The translations under genes were made by a program, and so were the position numbers. A model generated the notes under the pieces. It searched no databases, was not told the origin of the DNA, and saw nothing but the letters and a program-made list of their open reading frames with translations. A stretch of DNA of 64,000 nucleotides from assembly GCA_009914755.4 (NCBI GenBank), contig CP086569.2:14528001-14592000 (forward strand), given 5' to 3'. Shown here one piece after another: positions 31,048 through 46,687 of this stretch. Numbering within the stretch: the first letter of the stretch is position 1; every line of letters starts with the position of its first letter. The stretch is from the human T2T-CHM13v2.0 reference genome, Homo sapiens.

Positions 31048-31265
31048 AGCATCTCCCGGGTTCAAGAAATTCTTCTGCCTTAGCATCCCAAGTAGGTGGG
31101 ATTACAGGAGTCTGCCACTAAACCCAGGTAGTTTTCTTTGTATTTTAAGTAGAGTTGGGTTTTCACCATGTTGGCCAGGCTGGTCCTGAACTGCTGACCT
31201 CGTGATTCACCTGCCTCAGCCTCCCAAAGTCATGGGATTACAGATGGGAGCCAAAGTGCCTGGCC
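31048..31265 (-). mobile_element. Truncated Alu (minus strand) abutting the 5' end of the L1
   Basis: TCTCCCGGGTTCAAGAAATTCTTCTGCCTTAGCATCCCAAGTAGGTGGGATTACAGGAGTCTGCCAC...CACCATGTTGGCCAGGCTGGTCCTGAACTGCTGACCTCGTGATTCACCTGCCTCAGCCTCCCAAAGTCATGGGATTACAGATGGGAGCCAAAGTGCCTGGCCC. There is no poly-T on its left side. Confidence 0.8.
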
Positions 31266-34200
31266 CTGTCTGATTTTTTTAGCCCATTTTCATAACCCAT
31301 TTCTTCATGCTATATGTCCTTACAACTCATAGAGGTTGCCATATAGGACAGTGCACTCAGCCCCAGTCTCCACCAGAGCATGCATAGTCTGTTTATTCTT
31401 AGGTTACCAGTGTAAAGTAAGTTATACTTGTGGCCTTAGTCACCAGACACTCTGTCCACCATTACACTTATTAGGATTCTGTGGCCATGGCCTTCATTCT
31501 AATCTAAAGTGGTTGGCATGTGCCAGATGTAATAAGTTGAGACTGAGATTACTTGGTGAACCACTGTTCTGGCTTCAGCTTCTGCCACAGGACAGCGTAA
31601 GGGTGTGTATCTATTTTCACTGTAGGTGTTCCTCTTACTACCAACTTGTACCATATTACCTTTATTGGTGCATCAACCTGGCATGCCCGTTGGCTTTCAT
31701 CTCTCTTTTCACTCATTTGTTTTCCATCCCAGCAGGAGACAACCCTTGCTTACACAGTTTCTCCTAAGTGAGTAATCACTTGGACAATACAATACACTGG
31801 CTGTCATATCATAAGGGCTCAGGAGAACACAAGGACACCATAATATTGTTTGGGTGCCAACAGTAGGGTGGCATTTTTCATGTGGGCAGTAAACAACGCA
31901 TGGTTGGGATATGATAATATTTGACATAGATTGCACATTTTATCCCTAATTCCCAGAGTATATTCCTCCATAGTGTTCCATCCATCACAAAGGAGACATG
32001 GGGATGTTTTCTTTATTTGCCTAGGTCCCTTTGCAGCCCACAACCACCCAGCTAAAATAGGAGATGGCTCATTATGGGCACCAAAGAGGTGTGGTCTCAG
32101 GGATAAGTGGTTTGCGATGAAAGCTGTTTTACTCATCTCAAGTCTAGAGAGCATACTATTCTCCACACCTCTGTTCCAGAGACAGAGAAATCTCCCTAGG
32201 CTCAACTCTCTCCACTTTTGTCTCAACCTATTTCCCAGTTCCACCAATTCCACAGTGGCATAATCCCACATAGTGGCGTTTTGCCATCTTTCAGTGGAGG
32301 TGTAGTTGATGGACCTTTATCTTTTTACTGACCGGCAGATGAACACCGACAAAGGGAACCTCTATGGGTTTATTGCATTTCTCAATGTCCTCCCACCTAG
32401 AGCTTTTCATGGGGTCCCAGGACTTAGGGTTTCAGGATGATTTTGTTATGATAGCCCTGATTTGTCGATGTGATGGCTGGCAACTTTTCAGATGGGTTTC
32501 ATGGCAAGCTAGGTTCTCCATTTTGCCATGCTTCTCCCAGAGACAGGACAGTAAGGTCTCCAACATTTCAACCTTAACTAATCTGGCATCTGATTCTAGT
32601 TGCAGCTTGTTTTGTAACTGATAAACCCTCACCTGCACTGCAAACTCAGCCTCAGTCGCTGAGGTCAGCCAGCAGCAGACAGCCAATCACAGCTCAGAAA
32701 CCTGACTTCTGCTTAGAAGCAGGTGCCTGACTTAGAAGCCAGGTGTCTGATTCTGCTGAACCAGACAGTTCAGCATTTTTAGGGTATCCTCATACTCATG
32801 CTGTAAGCTCAATCCATCGATAGTGGCTGTTGAGCCCCACACAGATGTAAATGGCCAGCCTGGGAATTTCCTCATAGATTTCCCCTTCCTTAATCCCACT
32901 ATGTCAGCCCTCATGGAGTTTTCTGTGACCTCCTGAAAGATTTACCAATTGATGTGATGTAACCACTATTGAGTCCAATAGAGATGACAGCAGGTAACTG
33001 AGGCCAAAAGAAAAGACCTGGAGCCATCAAACAAAGACATAGGGTTTACTGTGGGGACATACATAAGGGGTGTCCAGTGGCAGTAGCCTGGACAGGAAGA
33101 TCACTATCATTTGCAAAAAAGCATGCAGTTCCTGTAGGCTTTTCTCTTAGTACCCTCCACTAAGCAACCTCCATTTAACCCCAAACAAATGGGTTTGAAT
33201 GTATAGCTTGCATTTCAAGAGACAGGTCAGAGGTTTTGTTGTCCTTGAGAGATAAGGAGTGAATCTCTAGGTTGGCCACTCCCACATCTCTCTCCTTATA
33301 GGTTCGTGGTGGCAGCATTAATCTGCTCCTGTACTAGATGGAAAACAGGTTCTCATCTTGTTGATGATAGGAAACTCATTGCATAAAAAGCTGTTGGTGC
33401 TAAAGGAAAACAGGTGAAAAAAAGAGCATACCAAAACCTGTGGGATACAGCAAAAGAAATGTTAAGAGAAAAGTTCATAGCAATAATTTCCTACATCAAA
33501 ATAGTAGAAGAATTACTCATTAACGATGTAACAATGCACTTCTGTGAACAAGCAAAGTGAAAATAAAAACAAACCGAAAAATAAGAACAACAACAAAAGA
33601 ATAAGGATCAGAGTGTAAGAATAGTTTGAACAAGACCAACTCCATCTTGAATAGGGGCTGGCTAAAATGAGGCTGATATGTATGGGGCTGCATTCCCAGA
33701 TGATTAAGGTATTCTAAGTCACAGGATGAGATGAGGCTTGGCATAGGTTACAGGTTACAGGTCACAAAGTCCTTGCTGATATAATACGTTGCAGTAAAGA
33801 AGCCAGCAAAAATATACCAAAACCAAGATGGCAATGAGAACCTGATTGTCCTCACTGCTACACTTCCCACCAGTGCAGGGACAGTTTACAAATATCATGG
33901 CAACATCAAAAAGTTATTCTATATGGTCTGAAAAGTGGAAACATGACTAATCCACCCCTTGTTTAGCATATAATCAAGAAATAACCATAAAAATGGGCAA
34001 CTAGCAATCTTTGGAGCTGCTTTGTCTATGAAGTAGCCATTCTTTTATTCCTTTACATTTCCAATAAACTTGCCTTCACTTTACTCTATGAACTTGCCCT
34101 AAATTCTTTCTTGCACAAGATCCAAGAGCCCTCCCTTGGGTTCTGGTTTGCAACCCCTTTCCATTAGTATCTTTCTGGCAAATGCTGAAAGGACAAACTG

Positions 34201-35488
34201 AAGCAACTCCTGACCCAAAGGAAAATTATCTGCATGTGCCCATTATCTGATGTTCAGTAAGTGGGCTGCATTTACCCTGGTAAAGTGATAGGGTTCGATG
34301 CTTAACTTGGGGGAGTTACAGTCTCTCCTAAGACAGAGTGGGTTAAAGGCTCCTTTTAATAAAAGGCAAAGATGCTTACCCCAACTCGAGTTTGAGGCCC
34401 AACTTAAAAGTGTTCAAGTTCTTCCTAAGATTTAGGGGGTTAGATTCTCCTCTCAGTAAACTCCTTCCAGTTAAGAGCAGGTTTGGCACTGTGAGATGTT
34501 AAGTGTTATTCCTTTTTGATTAATCTGCCTTGCAATCTTTGCTAATGGCTGTGGATAACAGGATTAGGGAAGTACAGAATCCTGGAACATGGGAAGCCTT
34601 TTTTTCTCCCCCTAAAGTGGGACACTTGAGAGCTGATGGGACTGCTGACTATAATGTCATAAAATAATTAACAGTTTTCAAATTTGGGGAACTCAGAGTG
34701 AAAGCTAAATTTGCTTACAAAATGCTGCATCAAAATGCTCTAAACTGTAAATAACTCAAAGGAAAAATGTTTTCTGACTCTTCTTTAACCAGAGCAGCAG
34801 ATTTTTAAACAACATCTTATTTGTGACACTTGGAACTGCCACTCACATGCTAAGCAGCTCTTGTCATATGATAATTATCAGGCACTGGACAATCTGGCAG
34901 CTCTTCCCATGGTTAGAGTCTGTACTAAGGAAAAAGGAGGCTCTCTGCTCATGAGTGTCTCCTCTTTGTATCTTCTAGGTAGCAAGATTCTATGTAAAGC
35001 ATTATTAATTTTTCAAGAAACTTTTGGGCACCATTATTTCCATTAGCTTCAGTTAACATTCCATAGCAAGGCAGGAAATGCCCCTCAAGTGAAAATGTTC
35101 TAGTTCAGTCATTGACATTGGGAAGTGCTCATAGACCTGTGGTAGAAGCCCCAGTAAATGCTCCACAAAGGCTGTGAAGTGGAAGATTTGTTCTATCACT
35201 CCAGCTTCTACCTTACATTCTGTGGGCTCAGACAGTCTTACTAGTTCCTATTTAGCATGTCCACTTTAATGAACATTTCTCAAAGGGCAGATTTTCATGC
35301 CTTCAGTTATGGTTGTTCTCCCTTTAGCTTCTTCAGGTTGAATACATGCCTCCAGTTTTACAGTACTAGTTAGGGGGAACATCCCTGAGTCAGATACATT
35401 GGTACACATTTTCATAACACATTTAGGTAAAGGAGTCAAAACTACCTTACAGACAGCCTTTATAAACACTCACATTTCATAATCTTAC

Positions 35489-38700
<3,212 letters not shown>

Positions 38701-41449
38701 CTTTTCTCTGTGACATCCTTCAGGTGGATTTCTAAGGTTTTGTTGATATTTTGCCAAATAAGTTATATCTTTGACCAAGTTGGCCATTTCCTGATCAAGT
38801 AGATCATTTGTGAGAAATGGTCCTTAATACAGCATTTTATATAGAATGAGCCCCATTTTGTGAGGAGAATTTCAGATTCTCAAGAAGGCCATGGGCAAGA
38901 GAGTAGGCCATGGGAGATGAGTTTCTTGTGTTAGTTTCCTTAAGTGCTTCTTGAGTGTTTCATTTGCCTTCTCCACCTTCCCTGAGGATTGTGGCCTTCA
39001 GGTGCAGTGAAGGTGATATTGTATCCCTAGTGCCCTGGAAATTCCCTGAGCTATTGTAGCTTTAAAAGCTGGACTGTTGTCACGTTGTAAGCTTTCAGGA
39101 AGCTGAAATCTAGGAATTATAACCACTTCCTGAGACTTCTTTTTCTTGCAGGGGAAGGCTTCTAACCAATTTGTAAAGATATCAACACAGACCAACAAGT
39201 ATTAAAATCCCTTTGACTTAGGCATATGGGTGAAGTCTAACTGCCTATAGGTCACTATCTCCAGATATCCTGGAGAATAGTGACCTATTCTTTGTTCCCC
39301 AAGAGGGCCCTTATGATAGACCAAGGGATTATTCCTTTGGCACACCTCAGAGGCTTTGACTACTTGTTGGATGGTCTGGAGGAAATTTGGCCCTGTAAAT
39401 AGGGATTTGGCCATTGGATGAGTGTTCTCAATACCCATATGAAAAGCTTGTTGGAGGGTTTTAAGTATTTTCCACGAAAGTTTCCATTCTGTTTCAGTCG
39501 GGGAATATTGGGGCTTAATCTCTTTGAGAGGGTTGTTCCATACCAAATGTCTTTCCGTAGGTACTTCTAATGGGAGTTTCCACCTGGCAGAAATTTTAGC
39601 CTCAGCATATGCCCACTGGTTTCCTTCTGCTTTTTCTCCACCTTTTTGATGGCTTTGGCAGTGTCAGACTCCCAACTCCTTGGGTTTTTGCACTGCATAC
39701 CATAACTCCATGATTTCCTTGTCGTATTTAATGGGGTTTCCCATAGAGTTTAGGAACTTCCTTTCTTTCCATATTGCAACATCAGCATGTAGGATTAGAT
39801 AAGCATACTTGCTATCTGTATATATATTTATTCTTTTTCCCTTTCTCAGTTCTAAGGCTCAGGCAATTGCCACTAGTTCTGCTAACTAGGTAGTGGTCCC
39901 TGAGAGAAGAGGCTTATTTTTGAGTATGGTTACATCACTAAGTATGGCATAACCCGCTCTTCATATCCCATTCTCCACAAATGAACTTCCATCATTATAT
40001 AGGTTAAGGTCAGAATTAGCTACTGGGACTTCTAGGAGTTCACCTTGGGTGGTGTAAGTCTGGACTATAATTTGTTGGTAGTCATGCTCAATTGGTTCCC
40101 CATCCTCTGGGAGAAAAGTCACAGGGTTCAGAGCCACACACATATGTATTTGAAGCACTGGTCCCTCAAGGAGTAGCACCTGGTATCTAAGTAGGTGGTT
40201 GTCTGATAGCCATAAACTTCCTTTGGCACCTAGTATGCCATTTACATCTGAGTAGTTCAGTCATGAGATCCTCTCCTTGTGTTATTTTGATAGCCTCTGA
40301 TACTACAACAGCCACTGCCACAACTACCCATAAACAGTGTGGACAGCCTTTTGCTACTGTATCAATTCCCTTAGGTAGGTCACTGGTTGTGGGGTTGTCC
40401 CCTGAGTCTGAGTAAGAACTCCAAGAGCTATTCCTGCTCTCTCTGTGACAAATAAAGAGAAGTTTTGTCCTGTTGGAAGGCTTAAGGCGAATCTTGTACT
40501 AGGGCCTGCTTTAAGGTTTTGAAGACTGTTTCTGCCTCTGGTTCCCATTCTACTAGATGAGTATTTGCCCTCTGGGTCTCATTGGTTAGAGTATAGAGAG
40601 GCCTGTCTATGTTGCTGTATCTGGGGATCCATAGCTGGCAAAAGCCAGTGATCCCAAGGAACCCCCACAACCATTTTAATGTCTTAGAACAAGGATAAGC
40701 CAGTATAGGTCTATTTGTTTCTTGCTGAGGACCCTGGTTCCTCTGGCTAAGATTAGGCAAAAATATTTGACTTGTTGTAGGCAGAGCTGACCCTTCAATT
40801 TAGACACCTTGTACTCTTGGTTAGCTAGAAAGTTCAAAAGATCTAGAGTAGCCTGCTGGCATAAGGCTTCTAAACTGTTAGCTAAAAGTAAATCATCCAC
40901 ACACTGAAGGACCACAGTGCCTGGACTTGAGAAGTGGACTAGATCTGGGGCAGTGCCTGACCAAACAGATGAGGGCTATCTGTAAACCCTTGAGGCAAGA
41001 CTGTTCACTAAGTTGGGAAGTGTGGTTGGTAGGATCCTCAAAAGCAAAGAGAAACTGGGAAACAGAGTGCGGGGAAACACAGAAGGCATTTTTGAGCTCC
41101 AGAACAGTGAACCATTCTGCTTCCTCTGGAATTTGAGAGAGCAGTGTATAGGGGTTGAGTACAACTGCATATAGAGAAATTACTGCCTAATTGATGAGTC
41201 TAAGATCTTGCCTAGTCTACACTGACTGTTCAGTTTTTGTACTCCTAGAATTGGGGTGTTGCTGGGACTGCTGTATTTTGTTACTAAGCCTTGAGCTTTT
41301 AAATGTCTAACTATATCCTGTAATCCTTTATGGCTTCAGGCCTTAAGGGATATTGCCTTTGATAAGGAAAGTGGTAGAGTCTTATATCGTGATTTGGACT
41401 GGGCAGGCATTTTTTGCCCTTCAAAATTGTCCTGCCCAGAATTCAGGGT

Positions 41450-43322
41450 TGATTCCCTCCTCAAGTAGGAGACAACAAATGGGTAACTTGTCCCCCATAT
41501 TCATATAGATAACAGCTCCAGCTTTGGCTAATATATCCCTCCCTAATAAGGTTGTGGGACTTTCAGGCATAACAAGAAAGCCATGTGAAAAGAGCAAAGT
41601 CTCTCAATTACAACTGAGGAGGTTGGAGAAATATCTGGTTAGAGGCTCTCCCAGGATTCCTTGGATGGTAATGGGCCTTGAGGACAGCCATCTAGGACAG
41701 GAGATTAACACTGAGAAGGCCATGCTCAAGTGCAAGAGGAAGTCAATTTCCTGGCACTCAATGGTTAAACATACCCAGGGCTCAGTGAGGGTGATAACAT
41801 GAGCTGGCACTTGCCCTAGACACCCTCAGTCCTGCTGTTGGATCATATGGTTGGCGGCTTCTGGCCCAGAGAACCTTTGCCATCTGGAGCAGTATGCCTT
41901 CCAGTTATTGCCTTGGCATAGTGGACATGGGTTAGGGGGAAGCTTGTTTCTCATTGACAATCTTTTTTAAAGTGTCCTTGCAAACCACACTGATAACAAG
42001 CCCTACAGGGTGATTGGCGTGCTCCATTTCCTGTCCTTTCTGAACGACCAAGGTTTGTTTTTCTGAGGGACATGACTAATGCTGTGGCCTTTCCCTATTC
42101 TCACTTTTCCTTTTCAGCCTGTCCCTCTTGGTCCCTACTATAGAACAGCGATGTTGCCAGATTTAATAATGCCTCCAGATTTTGTTCAGGGCCCAGGGCT
42201 CACTTTTGGAGCTGTCTCCTGATATCTGCAGCTGATTGGTAATAAACTTATCTTTTAAGATCAGTTGACCCTTGAATGAGTCAGGTGACAGGGGAGCATA
42301 TTTTCTTATGGCCTCCAGCAGCCACTCAAAGAAGGCAGAAGGATTTTCTTCCTTTCCCTGAGTTATGGTGGACATCATTGAATAATTCATGGGCTTTTTC
42401 CTAATTCTCCTTAGTCCTTCTAGAATACAGGTCAGCAGATGTTTATGACTGCAGTCCCCATGATTTGAGTCTAGGTCCTGGTGGGGATCCATACTGGGGT
42501 TGGCTTGTTGACTGGTTTAGAATTTGTCCCTTTCTTCAGCTGTCATTCTAGCATTTACTTGACCAAGATATCAGGTATCTCCAAACTCTTGGGCTGCAGC
42601 TAAAGCCACATTATTTTCATTAAACGCCAGGGTTTGGTCTAACAAAAGCATGACATCTATCCAATTGAGGTCAAAGATTTGCCCTAGACCATGTAGGACA
42701 TCTATATAACTATCAGGATCATCTGAAAACTTCCGCAGATCTACCTTGATCTGCTTTAAATCAGAGAGGAAGAAGGGGACATGTACCCAGGTTGGGCCAA
42801 ATTCCCCTCCCCCTACAGCTTGAAGGGACATAACTGATACCCCAGGGGCTTTTGTGGTCCCTTGGAGATTTCTTTGCTTGCTTCCTTCTGGGTGGGGGAT
42901 ATTAGAGGAGGCTTATCATTAATAGGAAGTGGAGCTGTAGGAAAGCTAGAATATGGAGGTAAGTTGAGAAGTCCTCCTTTGGGATGTAAATTGTAAGTTT
43001 TGCATAGTTGTGGATTCACCTTCAATGAAAAGAAAGCTTGGACTTAAGGTATTTCCCTCCATTTGTCTTCCCTCTTAAAGGAAAGGTCAAGCCGTAGGAT
43101 AGTATTGTAATGTATACTTTCCTCAGGTTGCCATTTTTCCACATCAGAGAGAATATTGGGGCCAGGCTGTAATGCAGAAAATAATAAGCCACTTTTTTTC
43201 AGGGTTTGTGCGTCTAATTGGTTACAGTGGCTTAGGATGCATTTCAAGGGTGAGCCTGTTGATGCCTGTTTCCCATCTGGAATAAAAATCTGCCTGCAGT
43301 TTTGTTTTGTTTGCCTCCCCAA
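41450..43322 (-). pseudogene. gag-pro remnant of provirus B (gag Met at 43322 on the minus strand)
   Basis: ORF 43044..43322(-) is MGRQTKQNCRQIFIPDGKQASTGSPLKCILSHCNQLDAQTLKK (MA, compare provirus A MGNTQSSTGSPLKCILSHWEQFNPQTLKK). ORFs 42163..42492(-) and 42571..42831(-) are CA-like and homologous to provirus A 8918..9265. Confidence 0.7.
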
Positions 43323-44453
43323 GAACCCACAACAGTCCCTGGGCCCTGCTGATCAGAATAGTTGCACTCACCAAAGCAACTGCAGAAACACTACTTTATT
43401 TCCTAGACCACAAAGAGGACTGAGGAAGGTTGGATTTAGTGGCCCTTACCGACATATTCTCAAAAACCTGCAACTTTGCCTTTCCTCTTAGACCACAAAG
43501 AGGACCAAGAAAAATCGGGTTTAGTGGCCTTTACTGAAGCATTCTTGAAAACCTGTAAGAGTCCTGAGCATTATCCTGTTAGTGTTGGGACCTTACCCTT
43601 GTCCTATGAAGATGATATGCCTGAAAATGGAGGGGAGGGCCATAACCTGAAGGAAAGAAGAGATCTCCAGGGTTGGAAGAATGGCAGTTTTGTTCTCACT
43701 TCTCATCATATGAATAGGAAGGATAAAATTTCTGAGGCTCCTCCTATCCTATCTTTGGGAATAGCCTTTGTTAGAACTACTAGTCTGAGGAGGCATCCTA
43801 AAAGGATAGATGGCATTCCAGATAGACTCCCTGCCAACAAAGGGACTTGGGCAAAAATTATATCTTTCTGATTGGTGAGTCTGGGCGCCTAAAAAAATGA
43901 ACAGAGTCCTGAAATTTATACTAGAAATTATTCTAATAGGAGAAACTAGAAAAGCACTAGAGATGAGAGTGGTTTTTGGAAGCAGGACTAGCCTTGGAGA
44001 AGAGAGGCAGGAGGAAGTTTTTCTGACAGGTATTAAGACCCAGGAAGCAAGGGTTAGGATAGATACATTAGATGGGTGAGTCTCGTTTGGGCAATGTGAT
44101 TTTGAGAGTTCCACTCATGGCTGCAGGGTCAACCAACTTTTTTGGGAACCCAGAGCTGAATGGCTTTCCTCTCTCTTGACCCTTGGATCAGTCTGGAAGT
44201 ACAGGAATAGTGAAAGCTGGTTCCAGGCAAACCAACATTCCCATATCCAAAGAGTTGGGGATTGTTAGAGAACCTTTTCCCAGAAAGCCTGACACCCATG
44301 TCTTTAGTTCAATGGCTGTGGTAGTCACTTTTAACTGGCTGACAGTTGCCTGGTGTTTAGCCCCCAAATTCCAAGGAAAATAGGACAGAATAGCAAGCAA
44401 AAGGGGTCCAACAGTACTCACTGTGTGGTGATATCCTGGATGAGCACCAAAGA

Positions 44454-44880
44454 TGTGTCTGGAGTTAGTTCCTGCCTGTGGATTTGTGATCTCACTAACT
44501 TCAAGAATGAAGCCATGGACCTTTGCAGTGTTATAGCTCTTAAAGGTGGCATGGACCCAAAGAGTGAGCAGCTGCAAGATTTACTGTGAAGAGTGAAAGA
44601 ACAAAACTTCCACAGCATGGAAGGGGATGTGAGTGGGTTTCTGCTGCTGGCTGGGGTGGCCAGCTTTTATTCCCTTATTTGTCCCTGCCCATGTTCTGCC
44701 AATTGGTCCATTTTACCTAGTGCTGATTGGTCCATTTTACAAACCTCTATCTAGCTACAGAGCACTGATTGGTGCATTTTTACAGAAAACTGATTGGTGC
44801 ATTTTACAAACATCTTGTAAGACAGAAAAATTCTCCAAGTTCCCACTCGACCCAGGAAGTCCAGGTGACTTCACCTCTCA
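44454..44880 (-). mobile_element. LTR12-type 5' LTR of provirus B (short form, about 427 bp, single U5 unit). The adjacent PBS is degenerate (about 44410-44445).
   Basis: Reverse complement: TGAGAGGTGAAGTCACCTGGACTTCCTGGGTCGAGTGGGAACTTGGAGAATTTTTCTGTCTTACAAGATGTTTGTAAAATGCACCAATCAG... GGCCACCCCAGCCAGCAGCAGAAACCCACTCAC. The AATAAA is mutated to AGTAAA (CAAGATTTACTGTGAAGAGTG). Confidence 0.8.
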
Positions 44881-45254
44881 ATACCAATCTTTACGTTTTT
44901 TATGTTCTGGTCCCAGGAATCTTTCTTTTCTACTCCCAGACCATTTTATCTTTTCTGGAAAAAAAGTATTTGGGTTTCTAGTAGGGCATCCATCCAAAGA
45001 ACTCAGATTGCTTTGTCAATCTTTATCTTAATTGGCTTCAGCATTGCTCCAGGCAATGCCAGTTTTTCACTGTGTTTTACCTTTTGATTTTTCTTAAATT
45101 TCCTTAATATGGTGCAAATAGTAGAAAACTATCTTTTGGGTTTTTTTTTAATGTTGGGGTACCAAAAGGGGTTCCCCTTGGTCCACTCAGCCTTTGATAT
45201 TATTGTAAATACCTTTGTTTTGACCCTATCAATTTTTATGTATGTATGTATGTA

Positions 45255-45546
45255 TTTTTGAGATGGAGTCTCACTCTGTTGCACAGGCTGCAGTGCAGTA
45301 GCATGATCACGGTTCACTGCAACCTCCATCTCCATGTTTCAAGGAATTCTGCCTCAGTCTACTGAGTAGTTGGGACTACAGTTGCATGCCACCATGCTCG
45401 GCTAATTTCCTTTTTTTTTTTTTTTAGTAAGTAGAGACAGGATTTCATTGTGTTAGCCGGGATGGTCTTGATCTCCTGAACTCATGATCCACCTGCCTTG
45501 GCCTTCCAAAGTGATGAGATTACAGGTGTGAACCACAACACCAAGC
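45255..45546 (-). mobile_element. Alu SINE (minus strand), preceded by (TATG)n
   Basis: TTTTTGAGATGGAGTCTCACTCTGTTGCACAGGCTGCAGTGCAGTAGCATGATCACGGTTCACTGCAACCTCCATCTCC... T15 internal... CCTTCCAAAGTGATGAGATTACAGGTGTGAACCACAACACCAAGC. Confidence 0.88.
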
Positions 45547-46606
45547 TTCATTTTATTTATTAATAACCATTTAAAAGATTTCTACCCACCTTCCAGAGCA
45601 AGTCCTTTGATTTTCTTTCCCTTTCCAATTTCATTGTTATTGTTATTCATCTTAATGTTTTATTAAGCATCTGTAGGAAACAGGAGGTAGAGCAAATTTA
45701 AAAAGTCTTCTTAAGTAGTTGTATGATTTGGAAGGAGTAATGTCACATGAGATGCCCATGTGAAAGGGGCCTTCTTAACCCCAGCATTTAGTATGACATA
45801 GGTAATAGGCATATTCAGTGGGACCATATACAGTCATCATAAACCTAGTCCCATATGGCTTGCATGGGAAGCATATTAATTTGTTCATCTGGGTTGCTCC
45901 ACTTGACATTTTATTAGGGAGAATTGGACAGTTGCCTTCTAAGGATCAATGAACCTTATGGTGGCATTTATCCAATCCAGTGGCTGGTTGTTCTCTTAGA
46001 ACTAGACTCCTGTGCATCTGTGTCCCGTATACTCATTAGTAATTGTTTAATATAGTGCGTTGTGGATCATGGATCAACCAAACAAGCTCCTTCATTCTGT
46101 AGGATTTAAAATTAAGGACACTGTTTTTAAAATTATTTTTAGAATCCATTATAGTAAAGGTTTTTCATGAAGCTAATGATACCAATCTACAAAATGTAAC
46201 AATTTCTTAACATTACACTCTCTGATTTTAATGGTAGCTTAGTTTTGTCCTTCCCTCACATTGACTATATTTTTGGTAACTATAGGTTTCAGATGTAATT
46301 TTTTTTTGCTCGTTTAATTTTCCTTCCTAGGAGTAGCTAAGAATCCACTCAACATTCTTTAGTCTCATCTTGGCTATTCTAAATAATAACCAAGGGATCA
46401 AATCAAATTTTCACTTTTTCCTTATTAGTTTGCATTTGCTTATGCATTCAGTGAACTAATTCCCTGAGAGTATGAGTATGATCCATCTCTTAATTCCAGT
46501 GGTAAAATTTGCCTTTAGTGACTGAAGGCAGCCCAGCTGCAGTTCCATGCTGTGAGTGATCACAGGGCCACCCAAGGGTCAAAGTTTCTAATTTCCCACC
46601 CTTTTA

Positions 46607-46687
46607 TTAGGTTAGTGCGATAGTAATTGTGGTTTTTGCCATTACTTTCATATGGCAAAAAGCACAATTACTTTTGCACCAAGCTAA
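46607..46687. mobile_element. MADE1 (Hsmar1-derived 80-bp MITE), a palindromic element of the miR-548 precursor type
   Basis: TTAGGTTAGTGCGATAGTAATTGTGGTTTTTGCCATTACTTTCATATGGCAAAAAGCACAATTACTTTTGCACCAAGCTAA. The terminal inverted repeats TTAGGTT.GTGC.A.AGTAATTG.GGTTTTTGCCATT / AATGGCAAAAA.C.CAATTACTTTTGCACCAA.CTAA are nearly perfect. It is flanked by TA. Confidence 0.8.

Noticed and set aside
31819-32271. 150-aa ORF 31819..32271 (-) and overlapping 110-aa ORF 31931..32263 (+) in the unique sequence right of the L1/Alu block
   Set aside because: Two overlapping ORFs on opposite strands, with no recognisable domain, no codon-usage asymmetry visible and an AT-rich context. Most likely chance ORFs, and I could not support either as coding.
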